DNA of 64,000 nucleotides from Planctomycetaceae bacterium (GTDB lineage Bacteria; Planctomycetota; Planctomycetia; Pirellulales; Pirellulaceae): NCBI GenBank assembly GCA_020638975.1, contig JACKHN010000020.1, positions 1 to 64,000 of the forward strand, read 5' to 3'. Shown piece by piece: positions 49,424 to 63,521 of this stretch (position 1 is its first letter; each line of letters starts with the position of its first letter). The notes under the pieces were generated by a model. It saw only the letters and a program-made list of their open reading frames with translations, ran no database searches and was not told where the DNA came from. The position numbers and the translations under genes were made by a program.

Positions 49424-52138
49424 TCAATTCCCGGTCACTTTTGCTCGCCACGCACCGAGATCTTTCGCCGACAGATTATGCTCGCGAGTGATCTCGTGTG
49501 TGGCTTCGTCGTCGACACCGGCAACGTTGACGGCAATTCGAAGCAGGCCGTTCTCTTGGTACTGGAAACGGACCTCGATCGGCGTGCCAGCCGGCAAGTC
49601 TTTTGGCAAGTTCCGCACGGTACAGCGACCGATCGCCATGCAGGCGGTCGGATCGCGGCTTTCCCCTTCCACGATATTTGCCACCACTGATCGCTGGCCG
49701 GACTTCATGGTTGTGAAGACTCGCTTTGCCTTGGCGGGCAGTGGTGTGTTGCGAGGGATCAGCACGGCCGTCTGCCTTCGCTTCGTCTTGGGGTCGGTGC
49801 CGACAATACCGAGACTGTGCGAGTTAACATTTCGTACGCGAACTTGCGGGCGGCGACCTTCCAGTCGGTCCAAGACGAAGCCCGCATGGATCGCGGCACC
49901 TTGAGCAACCGCTTCGTCGGGCGAGAGCGTGTCGTCGGGAACTTGGCCCGCGAGCATGGTCAGCATGCCAATGACCGCCGGCATCCGAGTCGAACCGCCC
50001 ACCGTCAGCACATGATCGATGTCGTCCCACGTCAGTCCGGTGGATTGCAGGGTATGGCGCGTCGTGAACGTCGTGCGTTCCAGCAAGTCCTGTGTGATCT
50101 CTTCAAACAGCTTCCGCGTCACCTCAAACCGTTCTGCTCGACCGTGAAAATCGCACGCCACGGAAGCTTTCTGACGCGTCGAGAGCGTTCGTTTCGCGTC
50201 TTCGCACTCACGCAGCAGACGACCGTACGTGTTTGGATCTTCGCGGGGATCGAGCCCGTGCTTACGGATAAATTGCTCGGCGATGTAGTCCACCAACCGC
50301 TGATCCCAGTCGCGTCCGCCAAGTTGCACGTCGCCATCGGTCGCCAACGTCACAAACTCGCCGGCGGCAATCTCCATGATCGTCACATCAAACGTCCCGC
50401 CCCCCAGATCGTAAACCAACACTCGCTTCGGCTTATCATTAGTCGCTCCGAGATGAAGGCGGCCCTGTTGAAATCCAAACGCCAACGCAGCCGCCGTCGG
50501 TTCGTTAATGATGTCGATGACTTCGATCCCTGCGATATACCCGGCGTGTTGCGTTGCCTTTCGCCTTACCTCATCGAAGTAAGCAGGAACCGTAACCACG
50601 GCTTTCGTAAAAGCGCCGATTTGTCGCTGGGCGTCGGATCGTACCTTTTTCAGAATCCAAGCCTGAATGACCTCGGGAGGATAGTCGATACCGCCGATGG
50701 TTTGATGGAAGGACTTCATTCCCAAGTCGCGTTTTGCACACTCGGCGATATTTTCCATATCCGTCGCCATTGCCTTCGCGGCCTCTCTGCCGACGACGAC
50801 CGAACCATCTTCGATCAACACGACACTGGGCGTCATCTTGTCGCCCTCTTGGTTGGACAGCACTTGGGGTCGGCCCGCGCCGTCCATGTAGGCTATCGCG
50901 GAAAACGTCGTACCAAGATCAATGCCCACCGCCGGAATTGATCGCTCGGGCGGCGTCGCTAGAGCATCGGAAGCTTCTTTCGCTACTGTCGCCACGTCGG
51001 AAGGCTTTTCGACGCGCAGTGTTGAGGGGGCATTGATCGCCTTCGTGTCGAGCTCCTTTGAAGCTTTCGGTGTTTGCATACTCTGAGATCTCGGAATGAT
51101 GACACCCAACGATTCAAGATGTGTTTCTAAGTCGCGAATCAGCTCCGTCATCGATTGGTAGCGATCCTCTGGTCGCTTCGCGAGCATGCGTTTAAAGACG
51201 CCGTCCAACCATTCCGGTGCATCCGCTCGCGACTCTCGGATCGTTGGGATGGGTTCCGTGCGATGAGCAAGCAGCGTCCTCACTAGCGTCTCGCCCTGGA
51301 AAGGCGGTTTCCCCGTCAGCAGCCGGAACATTGTGCATCCCAGACTGTAAATGTCCGAACGTCGATCGACGTTCCCCGAGTCGTCGACTTGTTCCGGCGA
51401 CATGTACTCGACCGTACCGATGATCTGATTCTGCTTCGTCAATCCTTCCCCGGCTATTGGGATCGTGCCGCGTTCATCTTCGAAGCGAGCCAAACCCATG
51501 TCGAGGATCTTGACGGCACCGGTCTTGTCAATCAGCAAATTGTTCGGCTTGATATCGCGATGAATAATCCCGGTCGCATGGGCATACTCCAATCCGATGG
51601 CAGCTTGCAAAGTACACGACAGCACCAAATCCATGGCGAGCGGCCCTTGTCGCGTCGCGAGATCACCCAGCGGTTCACCGTCGACATGCTCCATCACGAG
51701 AAAGTGAACGCCATCCTCTTCGTCAGCATCGAACGCCGTCACAATGTTCGGATGCGATAGTTGAGCGGCAGCTTCGACCTCGCGTTGAAAACGCTCGATC
51801 GAGGACGCAGAGGACATGGCCGCTGCAGGCAAGATCTTGACAACAACGGGTCGTTTCATCCGCCGGTGTTCGGCGACAAACACTTCTCCCATGCCGCCCT
51901 CGCCGATCTTGTCCTGGATAACGTACTTCCCCAGCACGAGTCCCGACGATCGACCGGTTGCGATGCGACCTGCTTGGTATTTGGTTAGTCGACCGCGACG
52001 GACCAATTCGGTGGCCAGGACTTTCACCGACATTGGTTCCTCGGACGGGGGCAGGCTGACTCGAAAGGCATGCACTTCCTCAGCGGTCATCAGACCGCTA
52101 CCCGTCAAACCTGCGAGAAATTCATCGATAGAAACCAC
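49424..52138 (-). CDS. Ser/Thr protein kinase fused to an Hsp70 (DnaK-like) chaperone module
   Basis: Kinase: GxGxxG (IGEGGMGEV), VVVKIL, HRDIKPNNLL, ILDMGLAR, SPE. Hsp70: IGIDLGTTFSAIAY, DLGGGTFDVTIMEI, and an SBD-like C-terminus. Confidence 0.85.
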   Translation of the reverse strand: MVSIDEFLAGLTGSGLMTAEEVHAFRVSLPPSEEPMSVKVLATELVRRGRLTKYQAGRIATGRSSGLVLGKYVIQDKIGEGGMGEVFVAEHRRMKRPVVVKILPAAAMSSASSIERFQREVEAAAQLSHPNIVTAFDADEEDGVHFLVMEHVDGEPLGDLATRQGPLAMDLVLSCTLQAAIGLEYAHATGIIHRDIKPNNLLIDKTGAVKILDMGLARFEDERGTIPIAGEGLTKQNQIIGTVEYMSPEQVDDSGNVDRRSDIYSLGCTMFRLLTGKPPFQGETLVRTLLAHRTEPIPTIRESRADAPEWLDGVFKRMLAKRPEDRYQSMTELIRDLETHLESLGVIIPRSQSMQTPKASKELDTKAINAPSTLRVEKPSDVATVAKEASDALATPPERSIPAVGIDLGTTFSAIAYMDGAGRPQVLSNQEGDKMTPSVVLIEDGSVVVGREAAKAMATDMENIAECAKRDLGMKSFHQTIGGIDYPPEVIQAWILKKVRSDAQRQIGAFTKAVVTVPAYFDEVRRKATQHAGYIAGIEVIDIINEPTAAALAFGFQQGRLHLGATNDKPKRVLVYDLGGGTFDVTIMEIAAGEFVTLATDGDVQLGGRDWDQRLVDYIAEQFIRKHGLDPREDPNTYGRLLRECEDAKRTLSTRQKASVACDFHGRAERFEVTRKLFEEITQDLLERTTFTTRHTLQSTGLTWDDIDHVLTVGGSTRMPAVIGMLTMLAGQVPDDTLSPDEAVAQGAAIHAGFVLDRLEGRRPQVRVRNVNSHSLGIVGTDPKTKRRQTAVLIPRNTPLPAKAKRVFTTMKSGQRSVVANIVEGESRDPTACMAIGRCTVRNLPKDLPAGTPIEVRFQYQENGLLRIAVNVAGVDDEATHEITREHNLSAKDLGAWRAKVTGN

Positions 52139-52321
52139 AATTTATCCTGGACGCCCACACCCTCACGCGGTACCACTTCGCTCGTGCCTGAAAGTATAGC
52201 GTCCAGTTGGCTGGAAATCTAAAGGGTTGCGAACCTCCCCAGAAAGGCAGCTGTCGGCTAGAATGCCTGATTCGGAACTGATGATTGCCCGCATTCCATG
52301 CAAAAGTAGTGAGAAAGACGA

Positions 52322-53734
52322 ATGACGACAGCCAAGCCACGGACCATGTTCGAGAAGATTTGGGACAGCCATTTGGTCCATGAAGAAGACGGAAAACAGG
52401 CAATTCTCTACATCGACCTGCAATTGGTACATGAAGTCACGAGCGCCCAGGCCTTTGAAGGGCTGCGGCTCGCCGGTCGCAAGGTCCGCCGGCCCGAGCG
52501 GACAATCGCCACGCCGGACCACAATATCCCGACGACCGACCGCTCGCTGCCCATCGCCGATCCGATCTCGAAGAAGCAGGTTGATACGCTCCGCAACAAC
52601 TGCAAAGAATTCGGAATCAAGCTGTACGACTTAAACGATGCGAAACAAGGCATCGTCCACGTCATAGGCCCTGAATTGGGCTATACGCAACCCGGCATGA
52701 CCGTTGTCTGCGGCGACAGCCACACCGCGACGCACGGAGCATTTGGCGCGTTGGCATTCGGCATCGGCACCAGTGAAGTCGAACACGTTCTCGCCACGCA
52801 GACGTTGCTGCAAAGTTATCCCAAAACACTGGAATTACGCGTCGATGGAACGCTTCCCACCGGCGTGACGGCCAAGGACATCATCCTCTACTTGATCGGC
52901 CAGATCACGACCGATGGTGGCACGGGCTACGTGATCGAATACACCGGCAGCGCGATTCAGGCGTTGAGCATGGAAGAGCGGATGACGGTTTGTAACATGT
53001 CGATCGAAGCGGGAGCCCGAGCCGGCATGATCGCTCCGGATCAAAAGACGTTCGACTACCTGCGCGGTCGCGAATTCGCTCCCAAGGATTTCGACGCAGC
53101 GGTCGCCAAGTGGAAGCAGTTGCCTTCCGATCGGGGTGCGACGTACGACAAGTCGCTGACATTTTCAGCCGCTGACATCGCTCCGCAGATCACTTGGGGA
53201 ACAAACCCCGGCCAAGTTATCGCGGTAAACGCTTCGATCCCGGATCCATCGACTCAAGGCGACGAAACAGATCAGAAGTCGGCGGAGCGGGCCCTGGAGT
53301 ATATGGGGCTAAAAGCCGGCACGCCGTTCACCAGCGTCGAACTAGATCGCGTTTTTATCGGTTCGTGTACCAACGCCCGCATCGAAGACCTTCGCGCGGC
53401 AGCCGCCGTCGCCAAGGGGCATCATGTTTCGAGCCGCGTCAATGCGATGGTTGTTCCAGGTAGCGGACAAGTCAAAGTCCAGGCGGAAGCCGAGGGCTTG
53501 GACAAAATATTCAAAGCGGCGGGCTTCGATTGGCGTGAAGCCGGTTGCAGCATGTGTCTCGCCATGAATCCCGATAAACTCTCGCCCGGCGAACGCTGTG
53601 CATCAACCAGCAATCGCAACTTCGAAGGTCGGCAAGGCAAAGGCGGACGAACCCATCTCGTCTCGCCCGCCATGGCTGCCGCGGCGGCTGTCGCCGGCCA
53701 CTTTGTCGACGTGCGCGAGTGGGAATTTAAGTAG
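52322..53734 (+). CDS. leuC: 3-isopropylmalate dehydratase large subunit
   Basis: Aconitase-family motifs ([55 protein letters not shown]). Confidence 0.9.
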   Translation: MTTAKPRTMFEKIWDSHLVHEEDGKQAILYIDLQLVHEVTSAQAFEGLRLAGRKVRRPERTIATPDHNIPTTDRSLPIADPISKKQVDTLRNNCKEFGIKLYDLNDAKQGIVHVIGPELGYTQPGMTVVCGDSHTATHGAFGALAFGIGTSEVEHVLATQTLLQSYPKTLELRVDGTLPTGVTAKDIILYLIGQITTDGGTGYVIEYTGSAIQALSMEERMTVCNMSIEAGARAGMIAPDQKTFDYLRGREFAPKDFDAAVAKWKQLPSDRGATYDKSLTFSAADIAPQITWGTNPGQVIAVNASIPDPSTQGDETDQKSAERALEYMGLKAGTPFTSVELDRVFIGSCTNARIEDLRAAAAVAKGHHVSSRVNAMVVPGSGQVKVQAEAEGLDKIFKAAGFDWREAGCSMCLAMNPDKLSPGERCASTSNRNFEGRQGKGGRTHLVSPAMAAAAAVAGHFVDVREWEFK

Positions 53735-53768
53735 TCATTGGTCATTGGTCATTGGTCATTGGTCATTC
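53734..53768. repeat. Heptanucleotide microsatellite (GTCATTG)x4 plus GTCATTC in the leuC-leuD spacer
   Basis: It starts at the last base of the leuC stop codon and ends 20 nt before the leuD ATG, which is preceded by a GGAGA Shine-Dalgarno. Confidence 0.85.
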
Positions 53769-53787
53769 GGATTTGGAGATTAGCCCT

Positions 53788-54375
53788 ATGGACCCTTTCA
53801 CACAACACACCGGTCTCGTCGCCTCGATGGACCGATCGGCTGTCGATACCGATCAAATCATTCCTAAGCAATTCTTGAAGCGAATCGAGCGAACGGGCTT
53901 CGGCCAGTTCCTGTTCTTCGATTGGCGATTCAACGAGGACGGGTCGGATAACCCCGAGTTTGAACTCAACAAGCCCGATGCCAAGGGCGCAACGGTGCTA
54001 CTCGCGCGACGCAACTTCGGATGCGGTTCAAGTCGCGAACATGCCGTCTGGGCCCTGGCCGATTACGGCATCAAAGTCGTCATCGCGCCGTCGTTCGCTG
54101 ACATCTTCTACAACAACTGTTTCAAGAACTCGGTACTTCCAATCAAGTTGAGCGAAGAGACCGTGGAGCAACTGTTCCAACTCGCCGCCAAGCACGAGGG
54201 CTACAAGCTCTCCGTTGATCTCGAAAAACAGACGGTCACCGACGATCACGGTCTCGAACTGCAGTTTGAAGTCGACGAATCACGCCGCTACAACATGCTG
54301 CACGGCTTGGACGACATTGCCCTGACTTTGTTGCACGAAGAGAAGATTACGGCATTTGAGACGGCGAAGTCGTGA
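53788..54375 (+). CDS. leuD: 3-isopropylmalate dehydratase small subunit
   Basis: [39 protein letters not shown] is the LeuD N-terminus. Start trimmed to ATG 53788, with a GGAGA Shine-Dalgarno 8 nt upstream. Confidence 0.9.
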   Translation: MDPFTQHTGLVASMDRSAVDTDQIIPKQFLKRIERTGFGQFLFFDWRFNEDGSDNPEFELNKPDAKGATVLLARRNFGCGSSREHAVWALADYGIKVVIAPSFADIFYNNCFKNSVLPIKLSEETVEQLFQLAAKHEGYKLSVDLEKQTVTDDHGLELQFEVDESRRYNMLHGLDDIALTLLHEEKITAFETAKS

Positions 54376-54412
54376 AACGTCTGTCGACAATACCAATTAG
54401 GGCGCGATCATC

Positions 54413-54649
54413 ATGGCGGACAAGAAAAGTGCCTGCCCCGACTGTCAGGGTCAGATGCAACCGATCAAGCTGCTTGACGCAACTCACCCGGGTTTGCACC
54501 TGACGGGCGCGAGGCATGTCGAAACGACCTATGCTGCGGTGGATGCGCCACCCAGTTTGTTTACTGGAACGATTCCTAAGGCAGGAACGGTGAAGGCCAG
54601 GATCTGCCAGGAATGCGGTCGCATCATCCTTCACGGTTCAAGGTCATGA
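54413..54649 (+). CDS. Small zinc-ribbon protein
   Basis: 78 aa with CPDCQG...CQECG two CxxC pairs. Confidence 0.45.
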   Translation: MADKKSACPDCQGQMQPIKLLDATHPGLHLTGARHVETTYAAVDAPPSLFTGTIPKAGTVKARICQECGRIILHGSRS

Positions 54650-55153
54650 GGTCTTGCTCGCTAGGCTGACAAGTTCCGCGAATCTGTTGTGAACTAGTTC
54701 GTCTTCCTTGTCAGGCCGTTTTAAGCAAGCAGCGAGCTGATTTTTGAGCTTTGGAACAGTTTCCAAGATGTGGAGCGTATCCTCGTCCAGTGGAGTTTCC
54801 TTATTCATCATCGAACGATGCCGTTCGTATTGGGCAAGCGCTTTGTGCAGATTCTCAAACGCCCGGCGATACTCACCGGGACTTCGCAATGTTACGACAC
54901 CACTCGCCGACCGGTTACCCGCTGTCGCCACATCGGCACCACGTCGCGAGATGAGTTGCCCTTCGTTCTGAAGCAACTCGAATCCGTCAGGCAGGGCAGC
55001 GACGATCGCCGCGCGAGCCTCCTCGAGCGTGTGTTGTCGTGGCGAGTGATAGCTGAAAGTTTCCAACAGCTCTTCGTTGAGTTGCAGGGCAACACCGCTC
55101 AAATTGGCGAACCGGCGGAAGATCTCTCCCCGCGGAGCCTTGTCGAAGTTCAT
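54644..55153 (-). CDS. Hypothetical alpha-helical protein
   Basis: More protein-like composition than the overlapping plus-strand ORF 54770-55294. Convergent with the zinc-ribbon gene. Confidence 0.35.
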   Translation of the reverse strand: MNFDKAPRGEIFRRFANLSGVALQLNEELLETFSYHSPRQHTLEEARAAIVAALPDGFELLQNEGQLISRRGADVATAGNRSASGVVTLRSPGEYRRAFENLHKALAQYERHRSMMNKETPLDEDTLHILETVPKLKNQLAACLKRPDKEDELVHNRFAELVSLASKTS

Positions 55154-55201
55154 CTCGATGCCGCCGAGATTTGGCCTGACGCGCCCGAGTTGCCCACAAG
55201 A

Positions 55202-57286
55202 TCAGCGGCCGTCGCTCGCGAGCTGACACTCACGCCACGCATCAAGATATCGCTTGAATCCCAGTTGAGTTGGCTTTTCCGCTTGTGTAAGTAATCGCTG
55301 AGTCGGCTCGTCGAGCAACGAGCGGCCAGAAGCTTGCCATAGGGAGGCCGCTTGTGCAGCGACCGCCCCGTCATAGCCAGCGAGTTCACGGATGAGTCCG
55401 TCCAAGTCGCCGTTCGCTTTCATCACAACTTGTTCAGAATAAGATCGCGCCGAACTTCGCTTCCCGTTGCCGTCGATATCAAGCCACACAGCACCGCTAC
55501 AACCGAGGACATGCGTTCCCGGGTCGATCGTATCGGGCTGATAGGGCTTGGCGGTGCGCCAATGCAAGCTTTCGATGCCTGGTCCAAGGGCGATCGCGAC
55601 AAGGTGAACATCGTGGCGTGGCGTTGGCAACTTCCATTGGTCGGACCAGATGACTCCGGCGGGCTGCGTACTGCGATCGCTCGGTTCGATCGTCGCTTCT
55701 CGCACCAGTTCTCCATTTGCGAACAGCATGATCTTGTCGGCACTTACCCAATGCGGCCCTAGGACTCGCAGCTCGACAACGACCTCATCGCCACTGACCT
55801 TTGCCAGATCGCCGGAGCGAAACTCGCCATTGATCTTCATCTCGGTGAGCAACCCGTAACTGACCATCACCTTGCCGTGAACGAAGTTGATCACTGCTTG
55901 ATCGACATTGATGTTGCCGGGTTCGCGATCGTCGCAGCGAATGTAGGTCCTCCCCTGCCCTACGAAATGACGCCCGACATCGTGTGAATCGCTGCTGCCG
56001 ACTGGCGTGACCGAGTAGCCACGATTCAGCACCGCCATCCAATCGTGAAACAGCTGCAACACGTCGGTCTGCGTCGCCCCAGAGTTCACAACCTCCATCG
56101 CATTGAATCCCATGTGCCAGCCGGCTGTATTCTCGCCAACGGCGTCGTTGAACTGTTTCGGGCCAAACGGCGTCGTGCCGCCGTGAAGGTCACGAGCGTG
56201 GTTCAAGATGGCAACTCTCACGCTCGGAGTGGCGAAGATGCCATCCAGCGTGTGCTTCCACTCGTCCGATCGATGGTCCGGCGTCTTGGCTCCGAGTGCG
56301 ACGGGAAAGATATTGAAATGTCCGGTGCGCGTTGTGACTTCGTTGCCGATGACGGGAGTGAAGTATTGACGCACGTTCATCTTGCGCGCGAAGGGTTCGT
56401 GATCGATGTGAGAATTGTGGTCCGTGGCAATCGGCAGCTCGATTCCTTCTGCGGCGATCGTGATCATGCGTTCCTGCACCGTAGCGTCGCCATGGCCGGA
56501 ATGCGTGCGAGTGTGGACGTGCGTGTCACACGCGACGTAACCCTTGGTCGGCACCTCGCGTCGAATCGACAACTTCCGACTGATTGTCTCGCCAGATTCG
56601 AGCGTGAACATCGTCTCATCAATCGAGTACTCGAAGCCACGCCCGGCGATCAGTGTGTAGGAACCCGCCGGCAATCCAAAGGACGCTTGGCCCGTCGAGG
56701 TGAAGACAATCCCGGGGCGAACTGCTAAGTGATCGCTGGACTCACAACCGGGAGACTGTAGCGCGCCAGAGTTGTTCAGAATCGTGATGCGACACGGCGT
56801 GGGCTGCTGAGTCGCGGCATCGACAACCGACACTTCGACCGTGGCTTCGTTGAGGACCTGCGAGACCGGTCGCGTATCGATCCAAGTCTCGCCGACACGA
56901 ACATCGTCGCTCTTGTCGCCCTGCTGCTGAACGGTCAACCGATTCTCTCCATCGACCAGCACGCCGGCTGGGATGTCGAAGTAGACAATCATGTCATTCT
57001 CGTCGACCCGCAACAGGCCCAGATGCTTATCGTTCAATCGCACTTCCCAATTCTGCTTCACGTCTTGCTGACGCAATCGCAGCGTCCCCGGCCCCTCGTT
57101 CGAGTTAGCGTCGAACACACGATTCAACTCGTGCGACTCGGCGGTGGCTGGAAAACCCGACCACTCCCGTTCCGCTCCGACTCGCAAATGATGCAAACGC
57201 TCTGTAATGACCACCGATTCGGCGGAAGCAGGCTGGATGAGTTGGTAGAGGGCGAATAAAACCAAAGCTAAACGTACGCCGATCAT
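55202..57286 (-). CDS. Secreted PHP-domain metallohydrolase (CehA/McbA-like) with beta-sandwich extensions
   Basis: CDTHVHTRTHSGHGD...LPIATDHNSHIDHE PHP His/Asp motifs. Signal peptide MIGVRLALVLFALYQLIQPASA, with an AGGAGA Shine-Dalgarno 7 nt upstream of ATG 57286. Confidence 0.7.
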   Translation of the reverse strand: MIGVRLALVLFALYQLIQPASAESVVITERLHHLRVGAEREWSGFPATAESHELNRVFDANSNEGPGTLRLRQQDVKQNWEVRLNDKHLGLLRVDENDMIVYFDIPAGVLVDGENRLTVQQQGDKSDDVRVGETWIDTRPVSQVLNEATVEVSVVDAATQQPTPCRITILNNSGALQSPGCESSDHLAVRPGIVFTSTGQASFGLPAGSYTLIAGRGFEYSIDETMFTLESGETISRKLSIRREVPTKGYVACDTHVHTRTHSGHGDATVQERMITIAAEGIELPIATDHNSHIDHEPFARKMNVRQYFTPVIGNEVTTRTGHFNIFPVALGAKTPDHRSDEWKHTLDGIFATPSVRVAILNHARDLHGGTTPFGPKQFNDAVGENTAGWHMGFNAMEVVNSGATQTDVLQLFHDWMAVLNRGYSVTPVGSSDSHDVGRHFVGQGRTYIRCDDREPGNINVDQAVINFVHGKVMVSYGLLTEMKINGEFRSGDLAKVSGDEVVVELRVLGPHWVSADKIMLFANGELVREATIEPSDRSTQPAGVIWSDQWKLPTPRHDVHLVAIALGPGIESLHWRTAKPYQPDTIDPGTHVLGCSGAVWLDIDGNGKRSSARSYSEQVVMKANGDLDGLIRELAGYDGAVAAQAASLWQASGRSLLDEPTQRLLTQAEKPTQLGFKRYLDAWRECQLASDGR

Positions 57287-57493
57287 CGAATTCTCCTGAA
57301 GCGACATGAACCGCCCGTACATGAGGCATTTGGCGGATGACGGAGTAAACGCGTGTAATTATGCTGTTAAATCACCACCTATGGCAACTAACCCAATTTC
57401 GTAGCTCGACTCGCTGAATCGAGTATTCATACCGACTCGCCCCTGGGAGTCGAGATACGTTCCGATCCCAACCGAACTAGACGGAGACAAAAC

Positions 57494-58204
57494 ATGTTCG
57501 CTCGAGAATCAGTCGCCCTCACGCTACTCGCGATCAGTTTCGCGCCACTGGTCTCGTTCGCCGAAGAAACCACACCGCTGTTTGACGGCAAATCCCTCGA
57601 AGGCTGGACACAACAGGGCGGCAATGCCAAGTACCGCGTGGAGAGCGGTATCATCATCGGCGAATCGGTCCCGAATACACCGAACAGCTTCTTGTGTACC
57701 GAAAAGAAGTACGGCGATTTTGTATTGGAGTACGAATACAAGTGCGATGACCGCTTGAATTCGGGAGTGCAGTTTCGCAGTAACGTGTTCGACGAAGAGA
57801 CGGGAATTGAATCGGACGGCAAGAAAAGGAAGATCGCTGCAGGTCGAGTCCACGGGTATCAAGTCGAGATTGATCCGAACAAGCCTGACCGCGCCTGGGC
57901 TGGCGGCATTTATGACGAAGGACGTCGCGGCTGGCTGTACCCAGGCATTCGCGGCGGCGACGCGGATGTATTCACTAAACAAGGGCAGAAGATTTATAAG
58001 CCGGGCGAGTGGAATTCGGTGCGAGTCGAATGCAACGGCAACTCGATCAAGACCTGGCTGAACGGTGAACCACGCGCTGATTTCACCGACGACATGACTG
58101 CCGAAGGATTTATCGCGTTGCAAGTCCACGGCATTGGCGGAAACGAAGCGGCCGCTGGCACGCTGGTCCAGTGGCGAAACTTAACGCTTCGTGAGTTGAA
58201 GTAA
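57494..58204 (+). CDS. DUF1080 / 3-keto-disaccharide hydrolase family protein, secreted
   Basis: Signal peptide. DGKSLEGW, NSGVQFR, GYQVEID, IALQVHG and NLTLREL are DUF1080 hallmarks. A GGAGA Shine-Dalgarno is present. Confidence 0.8.
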   Translation: MFARESVALTLLAISFAPLVSFAEETTPLFDGKSLEGWTQQGGNAKYRVESGIIIGESVPNTPNSFLCTEKKYGDFVLEYEYKCDDRLNSGVQFRSNVFDEETGIESDGKKRKIAAGRVHGYQVEIDPNKPDRAWAGGIYDEGRRGWLYPGIRGGDADVFTKQGQKIYKPGEWNSVRVECNGNSIKTWLNGEPRADFTDDMTAEGFIALQVHGIGGNEAAAGTLVQWRNLTLRELK

Positions 58205-58416
58205 GACGTTTTTGACACAATCGGCTGAGTTCGTCGCTAGTCCGGTCAGGCAATCTGGAGAAGGCTTACCACTTCTTTCGACGGCAACGGTGGTTCGAGT
58301 TCGTTCGCCCATTTCAGGCGTGATCGGCTGGAGTTGTCCGCTTGTGACGACGATGCTGGAGTGATGGACGGGTCGAAGGTAAACTGACCGGACTCGCTTG
58401 ACCCAACTCTGATTGA

Positions 58417-61863
<3,447 letters not shown>

Positions 61864-61965
61864 GATCGATCTAATCACGAAGAGCGCTACACTAACGGAC
61901 GATCACAATAAATTGCTGCATTGAGTTCAAGAAATGGGATTGCGTGGTCGGGCCCTCGCTCTAAA

Positions 61966-62190
61966 ATGCATTTCAACTCACAATTACGAAGCGTCGGGAG
62001 ACTTCTCACAGTGCTAACGGAATCACAAGTAGAGCGTAGTTTTCGCAAGTTGATTAAGGCCGAAGCCCTTATCGCAGAAACGTTCGATAAGGCTGAAGAG
62101 TTGTTAGAAGAACTTCGGCCCGAAAGCCCCCTTCGCCATCGGCTCTATTCAGAGCTAGATGAATTGCGAGAAATCTCGCCTTCTGAGTAA
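61966..62190 (+). CDS. Hypothetical small helical protein
   Basis: It is the only ORF in a 420-bp gap and has acidic helical composition. Start uncertain, with a TTG at 61921 on the track. Confidence 0.3.
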   Translation: MHFNSQLRSVGRLLTVLTESQVERSFRKLIKAEALIAETFDKAEELLEELRPESPLRHRLYSELDELREISPSE

Positions 62191-62282
62191 TACCCTTTGA
62201 CGAGTCGCTCCAAAACGAGAAAACCGCAAGCCGCCAAAACTGACGACTTGCGGTTGTTGAATGCTTCTCGTCGATCGAATCA

Positions 62283-63521
62283 CTACCGACGATAATCGAA
62301 TCCGAAAGTGGTTCCAAACATGACGACATTCTGGTCATTTCGGTTGATGTCGTTTCCACGTCCCACACCGCGACCAAAGTCCATGAATGTGATCCCGGCC
62401 CGAAGCGATATGTCACGAGTTAGTTCATAGGCCGCTTCCGCCCGAACCTCTCCACCGAACACGAACTCCGTCGCATTGCCGGAGTTGAGGGTGTTGCTCA
62501 GGAAGACTCCCTCTGGCGGTTCGTCCACTCCTGTCGCGTCGTAGAATGTCAACTCCGTATGGAGCGTCGTTTGCTGGAACTGGAAGTTCGAGAATAGAAA
62601 CGCTCTCAGTTCACCAGACAAGTTCCAGCGGCCCTTGACTTTGTACCAGCGGGCTCCGAATTGGCCACCCACCATGTGATTGTCGAATCTTGACGTCAGT
62701 TGGTCAAACTGTTCGTTTTGGAGCGTCGTCGGATCGATGGTTGTCGGTGGGACTTGACCAACATTTACGCCCAAGTCCGTTATCCGAGCGTACGTATCTC
62801 GTTCCCAGTAGTCCTGAAAACTAACGTAGCGGAAACCGAAGAAGGGTTCGAAGCGACTTCCATAGTGAAGCTGTTTCAAGCGAAACGACTTGTTGAGTTC
62901 AAAGCTAGTTATCGCCGCCTCGTTCAAACTGTCGCGAACGAAATACCTACGGTCACCCGAGATTACGTTGTTCTGGTCACTTCGCGGAACTCCGGGGTTC
63001 TGGTCTGTAACCGTCACATCCGTGCCATTTCGCAGATCGACGTAGTCAGAAGCAATTGTGTTGACTGTGTCAGAAGTATTCAACACGTTGACACGTTCCG
63101 CCTCTGTGACGTTAAAGGCATGCGGACCGTCGATATTCCAATATTCACCAAACCAACCGTGATCTTCGGGGCTCATATACCCCAAGGTAAAACGATTGCC
63201 CCAAGTGAAGTCACCTTCGGTATGCGTGACCTCGTCTCTGGGCCTGGATACGTAAATATGAACACGATCGGCCGTCGCGAACCAACCCGTCGGTGCCTCC
63301 GGGCCGTTACCGAACTCGCCGAACTCGGCGGGTGCGAAAAACTGAAAGTCGTGTGGAAACGCTGTAGTATCCACAAAGGGTTGCCAAAGATCGGGGTTAT
63401 CCCCGTCCGGGTCGATGAGAGGCATGCCCCGATGTATCTCGTGCTGCGCATGAATCTGCGGAGTTAGCAAAGCGAGAGCGGCGATCGTTGCGAAAGACCC
63501 AAATAATTTGCGTATCGACAT
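62283..63521 (-). CDS. Secreted protein, probable outer-membrane beta-barrel (Planctomycete BBP7-like)
   Basis: Signal peptide MSIRKLFGSFATIAALALLTPQIHA. Alternating aromatic/hydrophobic beta-strand pattern. C-terminal ...TTFGFDYRR. Confidence 0.55.
   Translation of the reverse strand: MSIRKLFGSFATIAALALLTPQIHAQHEIHRGMPLIDPDGDNPDLWQPFVDTTAFPHDFQFFAPAEFGEFGNGPEAPTGWFATADRVHIYVSRPRDEVTHTEGDFTWGNRFTLGYMSPEDHGWFGEYWNIDGPHAFNVTEAERVNVLNTSDTVNTIASDYVDLRNGTDVTVTDQNPGVPRSDQNNVISGDRRYFVRDSLNEAAITSFELNKSFRLKQLHYGSRFEPFFGFRYVSFQDYWERDTYARITDLGVNVGQVPPTTIDPTTLQNEQFDQLTSRFDNHMVGGQFGARWYKVKGRWNLSGELRAFLFSNFQFQQTTLHTELTFYDATGVDEPPEGVFLSNTLNSGNATEFVFGGEVRAEAAYELTRDISLRAGITFMDFGRGVGRGNDINRNDQNVVMFGTTFGFDYRR

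Noticed and set aside
49817-50941. 374-aa plus-strand ORF
   Set aside because: It is antisense within the kinase-Hsp70 gene.
54770-55294. 174-aa plus-strand ORF
   Set aside because: It overlaps the more protein-like minus-strand ORF 54644-55153. Neither is well supported, and I kept the minus one at low confidence.
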